Assembly: GCA_038884755.1 (NCBI GenBank)
Contig: JAWABJ010000001.1
Coordinates: 512,001-576,000, forward strand
Source of the DNA: Candidatus Norongarragalinales archaeon
Lineage (GTDB): Archaea > Micrarchaeota > Micrarchaeia > Norongarragalinales > Norongarragalinaceae
Direction: 5' to 3'
DNA length: 64,000 nt
The notes beneath the pieces were generated by a model. It ran no database searches. It had not been told where the DNA came from and worked only from the letters and a program-made list of their open reading frames with translations. A program made the translations under genes and the position numbers. Shown here in pieces: positions 9,489-19,104 of this stretch; positions within the stretch are counted from its first letter, which is position 1, and each line of letters begins with the position of its first letter.

Positions 9489-10649
9489 TCAGAATTTCCT
9501 GTAAAACTTTTCGTAGCTTTTCGCGGTCTCGTCCCAAGTGAATTTCTTGACGGCTATTTTCCGCCCTTCCGCGCCCATTTTCCTCGCGGTCTTCTTGTTT
9601 TGCAGGAGGAAGGTTATGCGCTGGGCCAGCGCCCTCGCGTCGCGCGGCTGCACGAGAAAACCGTTTTTCCCGTGCTCGATTATTTCGGGAATCCCGCCGA
9701 TGTCCGTTCCAACCACGGGCTTTCCGGTCGCCATTGCTTCGACCACGACTATTCCGAACGGCTCCCACAGTGAAGGCAGCACAAAGCAGTCGCAAGCGGC
9801 GTACAGCGCGGCCAAGTCTTTCTCGGAAAACCGTTCGGCTAGGAAAGAAATTTTTTCTTCCACGCCGAGCTTTTTCGCCTTCGCCTGCAAGTGTTCCAGC
9901 AAAGGCCCCCTCCCCAAAAGAACGAAGTGGGCTTTCCCGCCGAGCTCCTTATCCACTAGCGGAATCGCGTCAAGCAAATAATCCAGCCCCTTTTGCTCAA
10001 CCAGGCGGCACACGGTCAAAACTATTTCCTTTCCTTCTGCACCCACCAAGTCCTTCAAAATCCTCTGCCCGGAATTGCGGGGGTTGAACGCGCCCGTGTC
10101 CACGCCGTTGTAAACCACTTGCATGGGCACGCGGGTTCCTTCCGGCACGGTGATGTCGAGCGTGTTCTTGCTCACGCCCGCAATGGCGTCGCAATTCTGC
10201 ATTATCTTCCGCCCGTAAACGTCGTCGTACAACCCGCCCACCAAGTCCGTCGGCAGGTCTATGCCCTGCGGGCGGGCGTTGTGCAAGGTGAGCGCCAGTT
10301 TTTTCTTCAGGATTTTTTTGACCGTGAAGATTTCGAACATGCTGTAGACGAAGCGGTTGTGAATGTGCACTACGTCCGCTTGCTTCGCTTCTTCCACCAA
10401 GTCTGGCCATGGAAGCAGGTATAGGGGGACTGGCGGGGGAAGCGGATGGGGAAGCCACGTCAGGACCGCTGCAGGCATCCTCACTATTCGCACGCCTTGG
10501 AATTCTTCCTCGCGCTTGGTGTGCGGCAGCATCGACGTGAGCACGGTGACCTCGTGCTTTCGCGCGAGCCGCCTGCACGCTTCGAACAAGTGCTTTTCAG
10601 TTCCGCCTGAGTAAGGGTAGTAGAAAGGGTTGAGCATCAGCAAGCGCAC
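9489..10649 (-). CDS. GT4 glycosyltransferase
   Basis: PYSGGTE; RLVEQKG; EPFGIVVVEAMATG. Confidence 0.92.
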   Translation of the reverse strand: MRLLMLNPFYYPYSGGTEKHLFEACRRLARKHEVTVLTSMLPHTKREEEFQGVRIVRMPAAVLTWLPHPLPPPVPLYLLPWPDLVEEAKQADVVHIHNRFVYSMFEIFTVKKILKKKLALTLHNARPQGIDLPTDLVGGLYDDVYGRKIMQNCDAIAGVSKNTLDITVPEGTRVPMQVVYNGVDTGAFNPRNSGQRILKDLVGAEGKEIVLTVCRLVEQKGLDYLLDAIPLVDKELGGKAHFVLLGRGPLLEHLQAKAKKLGVEEKISFLAERFSEKDLAALYAACDCFVLPSLWEPFGIVVVEAMATGKPVVGTDIGGIPEIIEHGKNGFLVQPRDARALAQRITFLLQNKKTARKMGAEGRKIAVKKFTWDETAKSYEKFYRKF

Positions 10650-10702
10650 TGCAATTCACCGCGTCCGCAAGCGGACAGAATTAGTAAAGTGGAAGGCTCG
10701 TT

Positions 10703-11983
10703 TTAAACTTCGTGCTTTTCGCCTAACGCCGGGGCGAAAGCCTCGAAACCGTCCTTTTCGCGCAAGTCTTTCGCAAAAGCCTCGCAAGAATCTCCGTGCA
10801 CGCAATACACTTTCTCCGGATTCATTTTTTTAATCGCCTCGCGCAGTTGCTTTGCGCTCGCGTGGGCGGAAAAATCGAAGTGCTCGAAAGGCATTTGCAC
10901 GTTGATTTCTCCGCCGTCTACCAAAAGCTTTTGCCCGTCCAAAAGCCTGCGTCCGTTGGTTCCTTCCACTTGGAATCCAGTGAGGAAAATCTTTCCCTTC
11001 CCGCTCTTGTTCAAAAAACTCAAGTAATTCAGTATAGGCCCTCCCTCGAGCATTCCGCTCGTGGTAAGAATTACGCACGGTTTTTCTGCTATGCGCTTTC
11101 TCATCGAACGGCCGCTGACGAATGAAGTACCTTGAAGCGCTTGGGAAAAAGCCTTGTAGTTTTTCACGTAGGAAGGATAGTCGGCGAGAAGGGTGCACAC
11201 TTTCTGCGACATGCCATCCAAATACACTTTCACTCCCGAGCGCAACAGCGCTTTTAGAACGAGCAGAATTTCCTGGCTTCGACCTACTGCGAATGATGAA
11301 ATGAGTGCGACGTGCCCGTCTGCAACACAATCTTCAACCTTGCCGATAAACCTTTTTTCCAGCGCCTTGCGTTCGGTGTGCTCTTTGAACGCGTAAGTGC
11401 TTTCCAAAACCAACGCATCTACGTTCTCGTCGGGAAACCGGGCTTTGGAAAGCAGGCGCGTTTCGGAAGAATTGAAATCGCCCGTGTAAAAAACGCGTTT
11501 TTTCTTTCCGCTTTTCTTGGATTCGAAGAATATTCCCGCGCTGCCGGGAATGTGTCCCGCATCGTAAAACTCGAATTTCGAAGAATCGAAAAACTCGTAC
11601 GGCGTGTTGTAGGAAATGGGAGTGAACTTTCGGTAGAGCTTGATGGTGTCGGCGCGCTTGTAAGGCAATTGGTGGCCGTTGATTTGCGCCAGTTTTTCCG
11701 AATCCTCGAGCAAGAGCGTGGTCATGGGGATTGTAGGGAAAGTGCAGAAAGTCGGGAGGCTCGCGTGCTTGTACAAAACCGGCAGCCCGCCGGAATGGTC
11801 CAAGTGCGCGTGGGAAAGGATGCAAGCGTCGAAACGCTCACGCCCGAGTGCAGGCGGTTCGTTGTGGTCGTGCACTTTCATGCCGCAGTCGAGCGCAACC
11901 CGCAATTCGCCTGTTTCCACCGCAATACAGCTTTTGCCCACTTCGCGCGCGGCGCCCAAAAAACGCAGTTCCAAAAAAATCAA
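10703..11983 (-). CDS. beta-CASP metallo-beta-lactamase ribonuclease (aCPSF-like)
   Basis: GAAREVG, SHAHLDH, AGHIPGS, YTGD, ESTY, FSAHA and VHG motifs. Confidence 0.9.
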   Translation of the reverse strand: MIFLELRFLGAAREVGKSCIAVETGELRVALDCGMKVHDHNEPPALGRERFDACILSHAHLDHSGGLPVLYKHASLPTFCTFPTIPMTTLLLEDSEKLAQINGHQLPYKRADTIKLYRKFTPISYNTPYEFFDSSKFEFYDAGHIPGSAGIFFESKKSGKKKRVFYTGDFNSSETRLLSKARFPDENVDALVLESTYAFKEHTERKALEKRFIGKVEDCVADGHVALISSFAVGRSQEILLVLKALLRSGVKVYLDGMSQKVCTLLADYPSYVKNYKAFSQALQGTSFVSGRSMRKRIAEKPCVILTTSGMLEGGPILNYLSFLNKSGKGKIFLTGFQVEGTNGRRLLDGQKLLVDGGEINVQMPFEHFDFSAHASAKQLREAIKKMNPEKVYCVHGDSCEAFAKDLREKDGFEAFAPALGEKHEV

Positions 11984-12058
11984 TTCCTCGAGCGGGTTGA
12001 ATATGCGAGCATTACTGGCGTGAAAGGTATAAAACTTTTGCCGGGGCGGAAAAACCCG

Positions 12059-12370
12059 TTAAATCTCGAATCTCTTGGGCTTTTTTTCTTTTTCCTCTTC
12101 CTGCGAAGTCTGTTTTGGAGCGTGACGGGCAACCAACTCTGCAATAACTGCGTTATAGCCTCCCGCTCGGGGGAAAAGGGCGGGATGCTCTTGCTCGAAC
12201 TTCCGGATTGCCTGGCGTATGGAGGCGACCATGGGCATCGGAGGTTCGCTGGCGTTCAACTGCTGCATTGCGCTAGCCGCCTGGCGGGCAGAATGTCGTA
12301 TGTCGGCATTTTCGCTCAGATGGTCGGCAAGCTCAGATGGAGTGAAGCGCGGTCCCGTCGCCTCACGCAT
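12059..12370 (-). CDS. Hypothetical protein
   Basis: Fills the gap between the beta-CASP gene and the divergent acd operon; ATG 12370; no recognisable motif. Confidence 0.4.
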   Translation of the reverse strand: MREATGPRFTPSELADHLSENADIRHSARQAASAMQQLNASEPPMPMVASIRQAIRKFEQEHPALFPRAGGYNAVIAELVARHAPKQTSQEEEKEKKPKRFEI

Positions 12371-12491
12371 TCTCAAACGATTTTCTTCCAAAACAACGCA
12401 CCTAAAAAAAAACAAAGTTGAAACGCGTATAAAACCTTCGCTTACGCACATAACACCGAACGCTTTTATTTGCGGGAAAGTTATTGTAGTC

Positions 12492-13145
12492 ATGCGGCTG
12501 TTGGACTATTCGCAAACGCGCGCGCTGTTGCAAAAGCACGGCATCGCTTGCGCAAAAGGAGTTTACTGCGCCGGCGCGGACGAGGTTTTGAAGGAAAGCA
12601 AAACCGTGCCCAAACCGTGGGTTTTGAAAGTCATGGGAAAAAACGTCCTCCACAAGACGGAAAAAAGCCTTATTGCACTTGATCTGCACGATTTCGAGCA
12701 CTTGTACCACGCGGCGCAAAGGCTTGAGGCAAACGCTCGTTCCGCGGGGTTAGGCAAAGGCGAGTGGGGGTTCCTGCTTCAAAGCAAAATCAACGGCGTG
12801 GAACTCATAATAGGAGGCAAGCGCGATGCGGCTTTCGGAAAGACGGTTTTGTTCGGAAGCGGGGGTGTTGCCGTGGAGTTGTTCAAAGATTTTTCCACGC
12901 GCGTGTGCCCCATTGCGGAGAGCGACGCGCTGGAAATGATTGAGGAAACCAAAGCCTCAGCGTATTTCACGAGAGAAGGGTTCAGGGGAAGGAAGGCGAG
13001 CAGGCAAAAGATAGTGGAATTGCTTTTGAAAACGAGCGGATTGCTCGAAAGCGAAAAGCAAATAGAAAGCCTGGACTTCAACCCAGTGATTGCCGACGCG
13101 CAAAACGCGTGGGTTGTCGACGCCAAGATAACGGTGGGAGAATGA
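12492..13145 (+). CDS. acdB: ADP-forming acetate-CoA ligase beta subunit (ATP-grasp)
   Basis: PWVLKV, HKTE, GVELIIG...DAAFG...FGSGGVAVELFKD, DFNPVI...VDAKI. Confidence 0.88.
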   Translation: MRLLDYSQTRALLQKHGIACAKGVYCAGADEVLKESKTVPKPWVLKVMGKNVLHKTEKSLIALDLHDFEHLYHAAQRLEANARSAGLGKGEWGFLLQSKINGVELIIGGKRDAAFGKTVLFGSGGVAVELFKDFSTRVCPIAESDALEMIEETKASAYFTREGFRGRKASRQKIVELLLKTSGLLESEKQIESLDFNPVIADAQNAWVVDAKITVGE

Positions 13146-14155
13146 AAACGAGCATAGGGTTTTTTGACACTACGCCCGAAGACGAGGCTTACTTCAAGAA
13201 AACGCTGAAGCAATTCAAGCTGGTATTCTGCGGCGAGTTGAACGAGCGGAACATAGCCAAAGCCGCGTCGTGCAAGGTAATCTCGTGCTTTGCGCTTGCG
13301 AAAACGCGGCTCGACGGGAAAGTGCTTCCGAAAATGCCTTTTCTCAAGCTCATAGCCACGCGCTCGACCGGATTCGACCACATCGACTTGCAAGAATGCA
13401 GGAAGCGCGGGATAACGGTTGAAACCGTTCCTTCGTACGGCGACAACACTGTCGCCGAACACGCGTTCGCGCTTACGCTGGCGTTGTCGCGGAAGATAAT
13501 CGAGGCGAACGAGCGCGTGAGGAAAGGCGATTTCAGCGTGGAAGGGCTTACTGGATTCGACTTGGAAGGAAAGACCATCGGCATAATAGGAACGGGAAGG
13601 ATAGGAGCGAACGTCGCGCGCATAGCGCACGGCTTCGGAATGAAAATCCTCGCTTTCGACATGCGAAAAAACTCGGAACTGGAAAGGAAATACGGGGTCA
13701 AGTACGTCCCGCTCGCGGCAGTGCTTAAAAACGCAGACGTGATAACCCTGCACGTTCCCTTGAACGACAAGACGCACCACTTGGTGAACAAGCGCAACAT
13801 CCGCCTTGTGAAAAAAGGCGCGATTCTCGTCAACACTTCGAGGGGCGCGGTGGTGGAAACCAAAGCGCTGCTGGAAGGGCTGAGCAAAGGCATTCTTTCA
13901 GGCGCGGCGTTGGACGTTTTGGAAGAGGAAGGCACGCTACGCGACGAAGACGAGGTTTTGAAGGCGATTCAAGGCAACCACCAAGAGGTTTTGAAAACCA
14001 TGCTGGAAAACCACATTTTACTCAAGTGGAACAACGTCTTGATTACGCCGCACATCGCATTCAATTCGAGGGAAGCTTTGCACAGGATAAGGCAGACTAC
14101 CGCCGAAAACATCAAGGCGTTCGTGAAAGGAAAGAAACAGAATGCGGTGTGCTGA
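13142..14155 (+). CDS. ldhA: D-2-hydroxyacid (D-lactate) dehydrogenase
   Basis: TRSTGFDHID, VAEHA, GTGRIG, NTSRG, LDVLEEE, TPHIAF. Confidence 0.85.
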   Translation: MKTSIGFFDTTPEDEAYFKKTLKQFKLVFCGELNERNIAKAASCKVISCFALAKTRLDGKVLPKMPFLKLIATRSTGFDHIDLQECRKRGITVETVPSYGDNTVAEHAFALTLALSRKIIEANERVRKGDFSVEGLTGFDLEGKTIGIIGTGRIGANVARIAHGFGMKILAFDMRKNSELERKYGVKYVPLAAVLKNADVITLHVPLNDKTHHLVNKRNIRLVKKGAILVNTSRGAVVETKALLEGLSKGILSGAALDVLEEEGTLRDEDEVLKAIQGNHQEVLKTMLENHILLKWNNVLITPHIAFNSREALHRIRQTTAENIKAFVKGKKQNAVC

Positions 14156-15518
14156 AGTGAATTTGGATTGTTTGCTCGAGCCGAAGAGCATCGCGGTGGT
14201 TGGCGCTTCCGACGAGAAGGACAGCGTGGGCTACGGAATCATGGCTTCGCTCTTGAAAGGGAGCGTTTTCCCGTCTAAATACGCCAAGCCCTTTAAAGGA
14301 AAAGTGTTTGCGGTCAACCCGCACCACACGAAAATAATGGGACTGAAGGCGTATGCCAGCGTTTTGGGCGTAAAGGAAAAAATCGGCTTGGCGGTAATCG
14401 CCGTTCCCGCGCAAATCGTGCCGCAGGTTTTGCGCGAGTGCGGGGAAAAAAAAATCCCGGCCGCCATCGTGATTTCTTCAGGATTCGGCGAAACCGGAAA
14501 CAAAAGCCTTGAAACGCAAGTTGAAAGAACGGCGAGGGAAAACGACATCGCACTGCTCGGCCCGAACACGGTTGGCTTGATGGTTCCAGGCGTTTTCAAC
14601 GCTTCTTTCGCGCTGAGCGTGCCTAAAGCCGGGAACGTGGCTTTCGTTTCGCAAAGCGGGGCGCTGGCCGACAGCGTGATAGATTGGGCGCTCGAAGACT
14701 TGTTCCCTTTCAGGGCGATAGTCGGGTTGGGCAACAAGACCGTTTTGGACGAAAGCGATTTCACCAGGCATTTTGCCGACGACGATAAAACCAAGGTAAT
14801 TGCATTGTACTTGGAGGGAGTGAAAGACGGGAGGAAGTTTTTGCAGTCGCTGCGCTACGCGCGTGCCAAGGGAAAGACAGTCGTGGTTTTGAAAGGCGGG
14901 GTGGGAAGGAAAGGCGTCGAGGCGGCGCAAACGCACACCGCCAGCCTGGCGGGCGACGATTCGGTTTTCGAAGGCGCGTTGAAGCAGGCGAAAGCCAAAA
15001 GGGCGTACTCCCTGGAAGAGCTTTTCGAACTTTCGAAGGCGTTGAGCATGCAACCTCGCGCAAAGAAAAACGCCATCGCAATAATAACCAACGGAGGAGG
15101 GGCGGGCGTGTTGTGCGCCGACGCGTGCGAAAAGCACGGTGTGAAGCTCGCCGAGCTCGACCCGCTAACAATCTCCAAGCTCAACCCGTTCATGCACAAA
15201 GCCTGGTCGCGCGCGAACCCCGTTGATTTAATCGGGGACGCTTTGCCCCAGCGTTACGAAAAAGCTTTGGAAGTCTTGCTTTCCGACCGGAATGTCGGCG
15301 GGGCGATAGTGATACAAACGCTGCAAACCATGACCAAGCCAGAGGAAGACGCGCGGGTTGTCGTGCGCATGGCAAGAAAATTCGAAAAGCCAGTCGTAAG
15401 CGTGTTCATGGGCGGGCTTTACACGAAAAAAAGCATCCGCATCCTGCACGAAAACTCTATTCCCAACTACAACGACCCGGTAAAAGCCGCGAAAGCCATG
15501 TCCCGCCTAGTGGAATAG
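14142..15518 (+). CDS. acdA: ADP-forming acetate-CoA ligase alpha subunit
   Basis: PKSIAVVGAS, LGPN, SQSGAL, AQTHTASLAG (phospho-His), TNGGG, NPVDLIGDA. Confidence 0.9.
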   Translation: MRCAEVNLDCLLEPKSIAVVGASDEKDSVGYGIMASLLKGSVFPSKYAKPFKGKVFAVNPHHTKIMGLKAYASVLGVKEKIGLAVIAVPAQIVPQVLRECGEKKIPAAIVISSGFGETGNKSLETQVERTARENDIALLGPNTVGLMVPGVFNASFALSVPKAGNVAFVSQSGALADSVIDWALEDLFPFRAIVGLGNKTVLDESDFTRHFADDDKTKVIALYLEGVKDGRKFLQSLRYARAKGKTVVVLKGGVGRKGVEAAQTHTASLAGDDSVFEGALKQAKAKRAYSLEELFELSKALSMQPRAKKNAIAIITNGGGAGVLCADACEKHGVKLAELDPLTISKLNPFMHKAWSRANPVDLIGDALPQRYEKALEVLLSDRNVGGAIVIQTLQTMTKPEEDARVVVRMARKFEKPVVSVFMGGLYTKKSIRILHENSIPNYNDPVKAAKAMSRLVE

Positions 15519-15608
15519 CCGCGCGAATAAAAAGCGAAATCAATTTAAAGCCTTGGTGAGAGTTCTTAATGCGTTCAAAAAGCGCTTTGCAAAGGAGGGG
15601 GGGAATTA

Positions 15609-16208
15609 ATGAAAATCGAAGAAAAAATAATGCTGCTTTTAGTTCCGATTGCTTTTGTTGCTATAATGTCCGCCGCGGTTTCGGCAGACTACGCGCAAAC
15701 CACGGTGTTCTTCAACGTTCCTACTTCAACCGCATTTACCGTTACGCTTCCGGGCCAAGGTGCGGTAAGCTCCAACAGCACTCAAAACCCCAACTCTCCG
15801 CCGACCGCAAACATTGAGTTTAACGCAAGCAGTTCCACTGTCAACAACGTAGTCCCTTGCGTTACGGGCGGCTCGTGCCAGTCCGGCGAAGGGCCGTCAG
15901 GAACGCCCATATTCCAGTATGACAACACGGGCAACGTCAACATTTCAATCCAATTGATTTTCAACTCCACGCTTCCATCGGGAGTAACCGTTCGCGCTAA
16001 CAGCAGCTGGGACAACGGCGGGGTAAGCAACGGAACTGCATTCGCCGGCGACAGGCCGGTCAACGCGACTGAAAACACTACGTTGGGAACCAACATCGAC
16101 TGGAACGCGGCGAGTTTTCTCAACGTTTACATGTACGCCAACTTCAGCGCGGTCGTGGGTGGAACCAGGACGACCAGGCTGCTCAACCACACGAGCGTCT
16201 CAAGCTGA
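15609..16208 (+). CDS. Secreted beta-rich glycoprotein; putative major filament subunit
   Basis: Signal peptide ending AVSA/; mature N-terminal strand DYAQTTVFFNV; NTGNV motif; many NxS/T sequons; GGAGG SD upstream; function is inferred. Confidence 0.6.
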   Translation: MKIEEKIMLLLVPIAFVAIMSAAVSADYAQTTVFFNVPTSTAFTVTLPGQGAVSSNSTQNPNSPPTANIEFNASSSTVNNVVPCVTGGSCQSGEGPSGTPIFQYDNTGNVNISIQLIFNSTLPSGVTVRANSSWDNGGVSNGTAFAGDRPVNATENTTLGTNIDWNAASFLNVYMYANFSAVVGGTRTTRLLNHTSVSS

Positions 16209-16220
16209 GGCGCGAACACA

Positions 16221-16280
16221 GGGCGGGAACTTTGCTTTTTCGAAAAGCAGCCGCCCTTTCCTTGGTTTATTGTTTTTTTT
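16221..16280 (+). terminator. Hairpin plus U-rich tract after the putative subunit gene
   Basis: GGGCGG...GCTTTT-TCG-AAAAGC...CCGCCC followed by TTTCCTTGGTTTATTGTTTTTTTT. Confidence 0.5.
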
Positions 16281-16327
16281 GAAAAGCTAGGAATTTTCGA
16301 ATTTACGGTTTTCGGTGGGTTTTAGCA

Positions 16328-17233
16328 TTGGAAGGCTTCAAGAAAATAACGGCATTCGCGGGAATCTTTTTCTTGGGAGTGCTTCTTTTGGGCTGCGTGC
16401 AAGGCGGAGAAGCCAACTCGGCAAACGAAACGCAAAGCATACCTACACCAGAGCTTACAAGCGCAGAGCAAGAGCTCGTCAAATACCCTGAACTTGCGGG
16501 TTTCATCAAATCATACCAGCAGGTGGGCGCACCCGCGCAACGCCCCGACTACTTGCCCAGCATAGTCTTCTCCAAACTCCCCCCGTTTCCCAGAGACTTT
16601 TACTCTGTTGATTTGCTGGTTGAAAACGGCATTTTCAGCGACATGAAGCTCATCGAGGAAGCGTATTGGAAGCAACCCGAATTCTATCCTGAATTCGAAA
16701 GGCAGGCCGTGCTGGCGTACCAAAAGCCGCCCACCGACCGCTGGGCTGCGTTCGGAATAGGCTCGTACCCTTCGGAAGTTGGAATCTTGAGCCCGCGAAA
16801 CAACGTTTTCGAAGTCAACTTTTTCATCCACACTAGCTGGCTGGTGCAAACCTACCAGGGAACTCGATTCAACTACGGCTTTCCAGCCAAAGGCGAGTTA
16901 CTCAAGTCAGACTTTCCCGACGGGACGAGAAACGTGACGCAAGACCCTGAAGTGGTGGCAAAGTATTTCGACGTTGAAATAACGCCTAGGGAAATCCTTT
17001 TGGAACCGGCGTTCCCGGTTTTCGAGCCCAACTGGGTGCAGAAAATAACGGTTAGGGTGAAAGTGAAAGACGCGCCGCCCGGAAGGTATTACATAGCAAT
17101 CGGCAGCCAAAGCCCGTCCAAGGAAAAGGCGGACGAGTGGCTTTGGAAGTATAAAACGCGTTATACTGACGCTGCAAACTCTTTCGGCGGCGTGATACAG
17201 CCGTGGCTCGGCATTTTCATCGACATAACGTGA
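16328..17233 (+). CDS. Lipoprotein of unknown function, paralog of 26044..26796
   Basis: LLLGC lipobox; LPPFPRDF, EAYWKQPE, RWAAxGxGSYP, SWLVxxYQG, PVFxxNWVxK. Confidence 0.75.
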   Translation: MEGFKKITAFAGIFFLGVLLLGCVQGGEANSANETQSIPTPELTSAEQELVKYPELAGFIKSYQQVGAPAQRPDYLPSIVFSKLPPFPRDFYSVDLLVENGIFSDMKLIEEAYWKQPEFYPEFERQAVLAYQKPPTDRWAAFGIGSYPSEVGILSPRNNVFEVNFFIHTSWLVQTYQGTRFNYGFPAKGELLKSDFPDGTRNVTQDPEVVAKYFDVEITPREILLEPAFPVFEPNWVQKITVRVKVKDAPPGRYYIAIGSQSPSKEKADEWLWKYKTRYTDAANSFGGVIQPWLGIFIDIT

Positions 17234-17292
17234 AAACCCGATTCGCTTGTTTACCCACAAGCACTTTTAAACAACCGGGCAGTAGGGATAGT

Positions 17293-18990
17293 ATGCTAAA
17301 AGGGAGAAAGCACTCGTCAGCGGAAATCCTCCTGGTTTTGACGGCAGTTTTAGCCGGAATCGCACATTCTGAATTCGGGCAAGGGGGAATTTTCTTCGGG
17401 GTTACGGAAACCAATCCCATAGTAAACATAACCAACATCGTGTTTTCCCCAAGCCAAATAGTGCAAGGCTCGACCACAGACGTTTCAGTGTATTTGGAGA
17501 ATACTGGAGGGACTGCCGCGAACACTACCGTCAACATAACGATTTTCTATTCCAACGGCAGCGTTGCAGACGTGATTCAATACGACCCGACGGTCGTCGC
17601 GTCCGGGGGAACGCTGCAGATAATCAAGAGTTATAACACAGACTCTCGGCCGCTGGGCACGTACACGGCGAATGGCACGGGCTACTACTCGTTCAACTCA
17701 AGCAATTTTGAAACCAACACGTTCAGCACCACGTTCCAAATAATCGCCGCCCCGCCTGAAGGCGGTGGGGGCGGAGGAGGGACGGGCGGAGACGTTCGCA
17801 TTCCCGCTCCGACCACGATTCCGCCGGAATTGAAGCCCGCGCCTGGAGGAGGGCTGGAGTTCACGAGGACAACGGTTTTGAAGGAAGTTACTCCAGGGAC
17901 GAATGCGATTGAAAGCATTGGACTTAAAAACAACGAGGAAAACGAGCAGCTGGTGAGGGTGAATTTCGACAAGGCGCCTTGGGTGAGGGCGAGGAGAAGC
18001 GAATTCATCATGCTTGCGAAAGAAGAACAAACAGTCAATTTGCTCATAGACATTCCCGAAAACGCTAAGCCTGGAGACTATCTCGCGCAAATGAGCTTGG
18101 AAACCGACTCGGGAGTCGCCAGCGAATTCATGGCCATACGCGTGAAGCCCAAAATCCAAAGCCCAATAGCAACAAAAACCATTTTCCTCGACCGCAACCA
18201 GCGTTTCACCCTCGTCAAAATACAAGTTGAAAACCCGTCAGACCAACTGATTCCAAAGGTTTTGGTTGAAGAAGAGATTCCCCGCGCGCTCGCGACCGAA
18301 GAAAGCAAGCTTCGCTTTCTGGACAAGCCGGGGGTCGTCACGAACGACGCGCCGTTATCCGTAGCGTGGACTTTCAGCGACATTCTCCCGCAAGAGACTG
18401 ACACCATCTCCTACCAGATAAACACTTTGCTCGGGGAGTATTCCACTTACGCCTACTGGCCGATAAAACAAGTGGTCATTCCCGACGAGGTGAGTTTCGA
18501 AAGCTTGGTGAGGCTGGTCGAACTGCACTCGCCCACGTTCGCGCCTGGCGAGGAGAAGGAAGTCACGGCAAGAATTTACTACACGGGCTTGGACCCGCTT
18601 CCGATAAGCGCTTCGCTTAGCCTTCCCGAGTCATTCCAAGTCACTCCTTCTGCTATAGAACGCACGCTCCAGCCCGCGTCGTTCCAAAACTTCGTTTTCA
18701 AAGTGAAAGCCCCGCAGGAAAAACCCGGCACGTACATAGCCACGTTTTACCTCAACTCGCAGGCGGGAAGAATGCAGAGGACTACCACGCTCATCCTGGC
18801 CGCGCCCGAGGCAGGCAGCGAAGGAATACTGTATTTGGCAGGGGGGCTGGCGATAGTAATCCTGCTGGTTATAGTGTTCACTCTGCGCAACAAGGGGGAC
18901 GGCGTGCAGAAGGAAGAGATTGAAGACATCATAGACCGGGAGACCTACTTGCGCGAAGTCAAGGGAATACTCAAGAAAGGAAGGCCTTGA
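17293..18990 (+). CDS. Secreted Ig/CARDB-like multidomain protein with C-terminal TM; putative filament base anchor
   Basis: Signal peptide ending AHS/, then EFGQGGIFFGV; ENTGG; Gly/Pro linker; C-terminal TM and charged tail; start ATG 17293. Confidence 0.65.
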   Translation: MLKGRKHSSAEILLVLTAVLAGIAHSEFGQGGIFFGVTETNPIVNITNIVFSPSQIVQGSTTDVSVYLENTGGTAANTTVNITIFYSNGSVADVIQYDPTVVASGGTLQIIKSYNTDSRPLGTYTANGTGYYSFNSSNFETNTFSTTFQIIAAPPEGGGGGGGTGGDVRIPAPTTIPPELKPAPGGGLEFTRTTVLKEVTPGTNAIESIGLKNNEENEQLVRVNFDKAPWVRARRSEFIMLAKEEQTVNLLIDIPENAKPGDYLAQMSLETDSGVASEFMAIRVKPKIQSPIATKTIFLDRNQRFTLVKIQVENPSDQLIPKVLVEEEIPRALATEESKLRFLDKPGVVTNDAPLSVAWTFSDILPQETDTISYQINTLLGEYSTYAYWPIKQVVIPDEVSFESLVRLVELHSPTFAPGEEKEVTARIYYTGLDPLPISASLSLPESFQVTPSAIERTLQPASFQNFVFKVKAPQEKPGTYIATFYLNSQAGRMQRTTTLILAAPEAGSEGILYLAGGLAIVILLVIVFTLRNKGDGVQKEEIEDIIDRETYLREVKGILKKGRP

Positions 18991-19104
18991 AAGCAACGCC
19001 ATTTTTAAACTCGCTTTGCGTTCCTATTTTTATAAAAAGCGAAGCGAGAAAAAAGGCCTGCAACTCCCACGGTTGAGAGGGGAGACGAAAAGGGTTTGTT
19101 ATTC

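Noticed and set aside
15609..16208. Type IV pilin/archaellin
   Set aside because: No class III signal peptide; the hydrophobic stretch precedes an SPase I-type cleavage site; no PilB/PilC nearby
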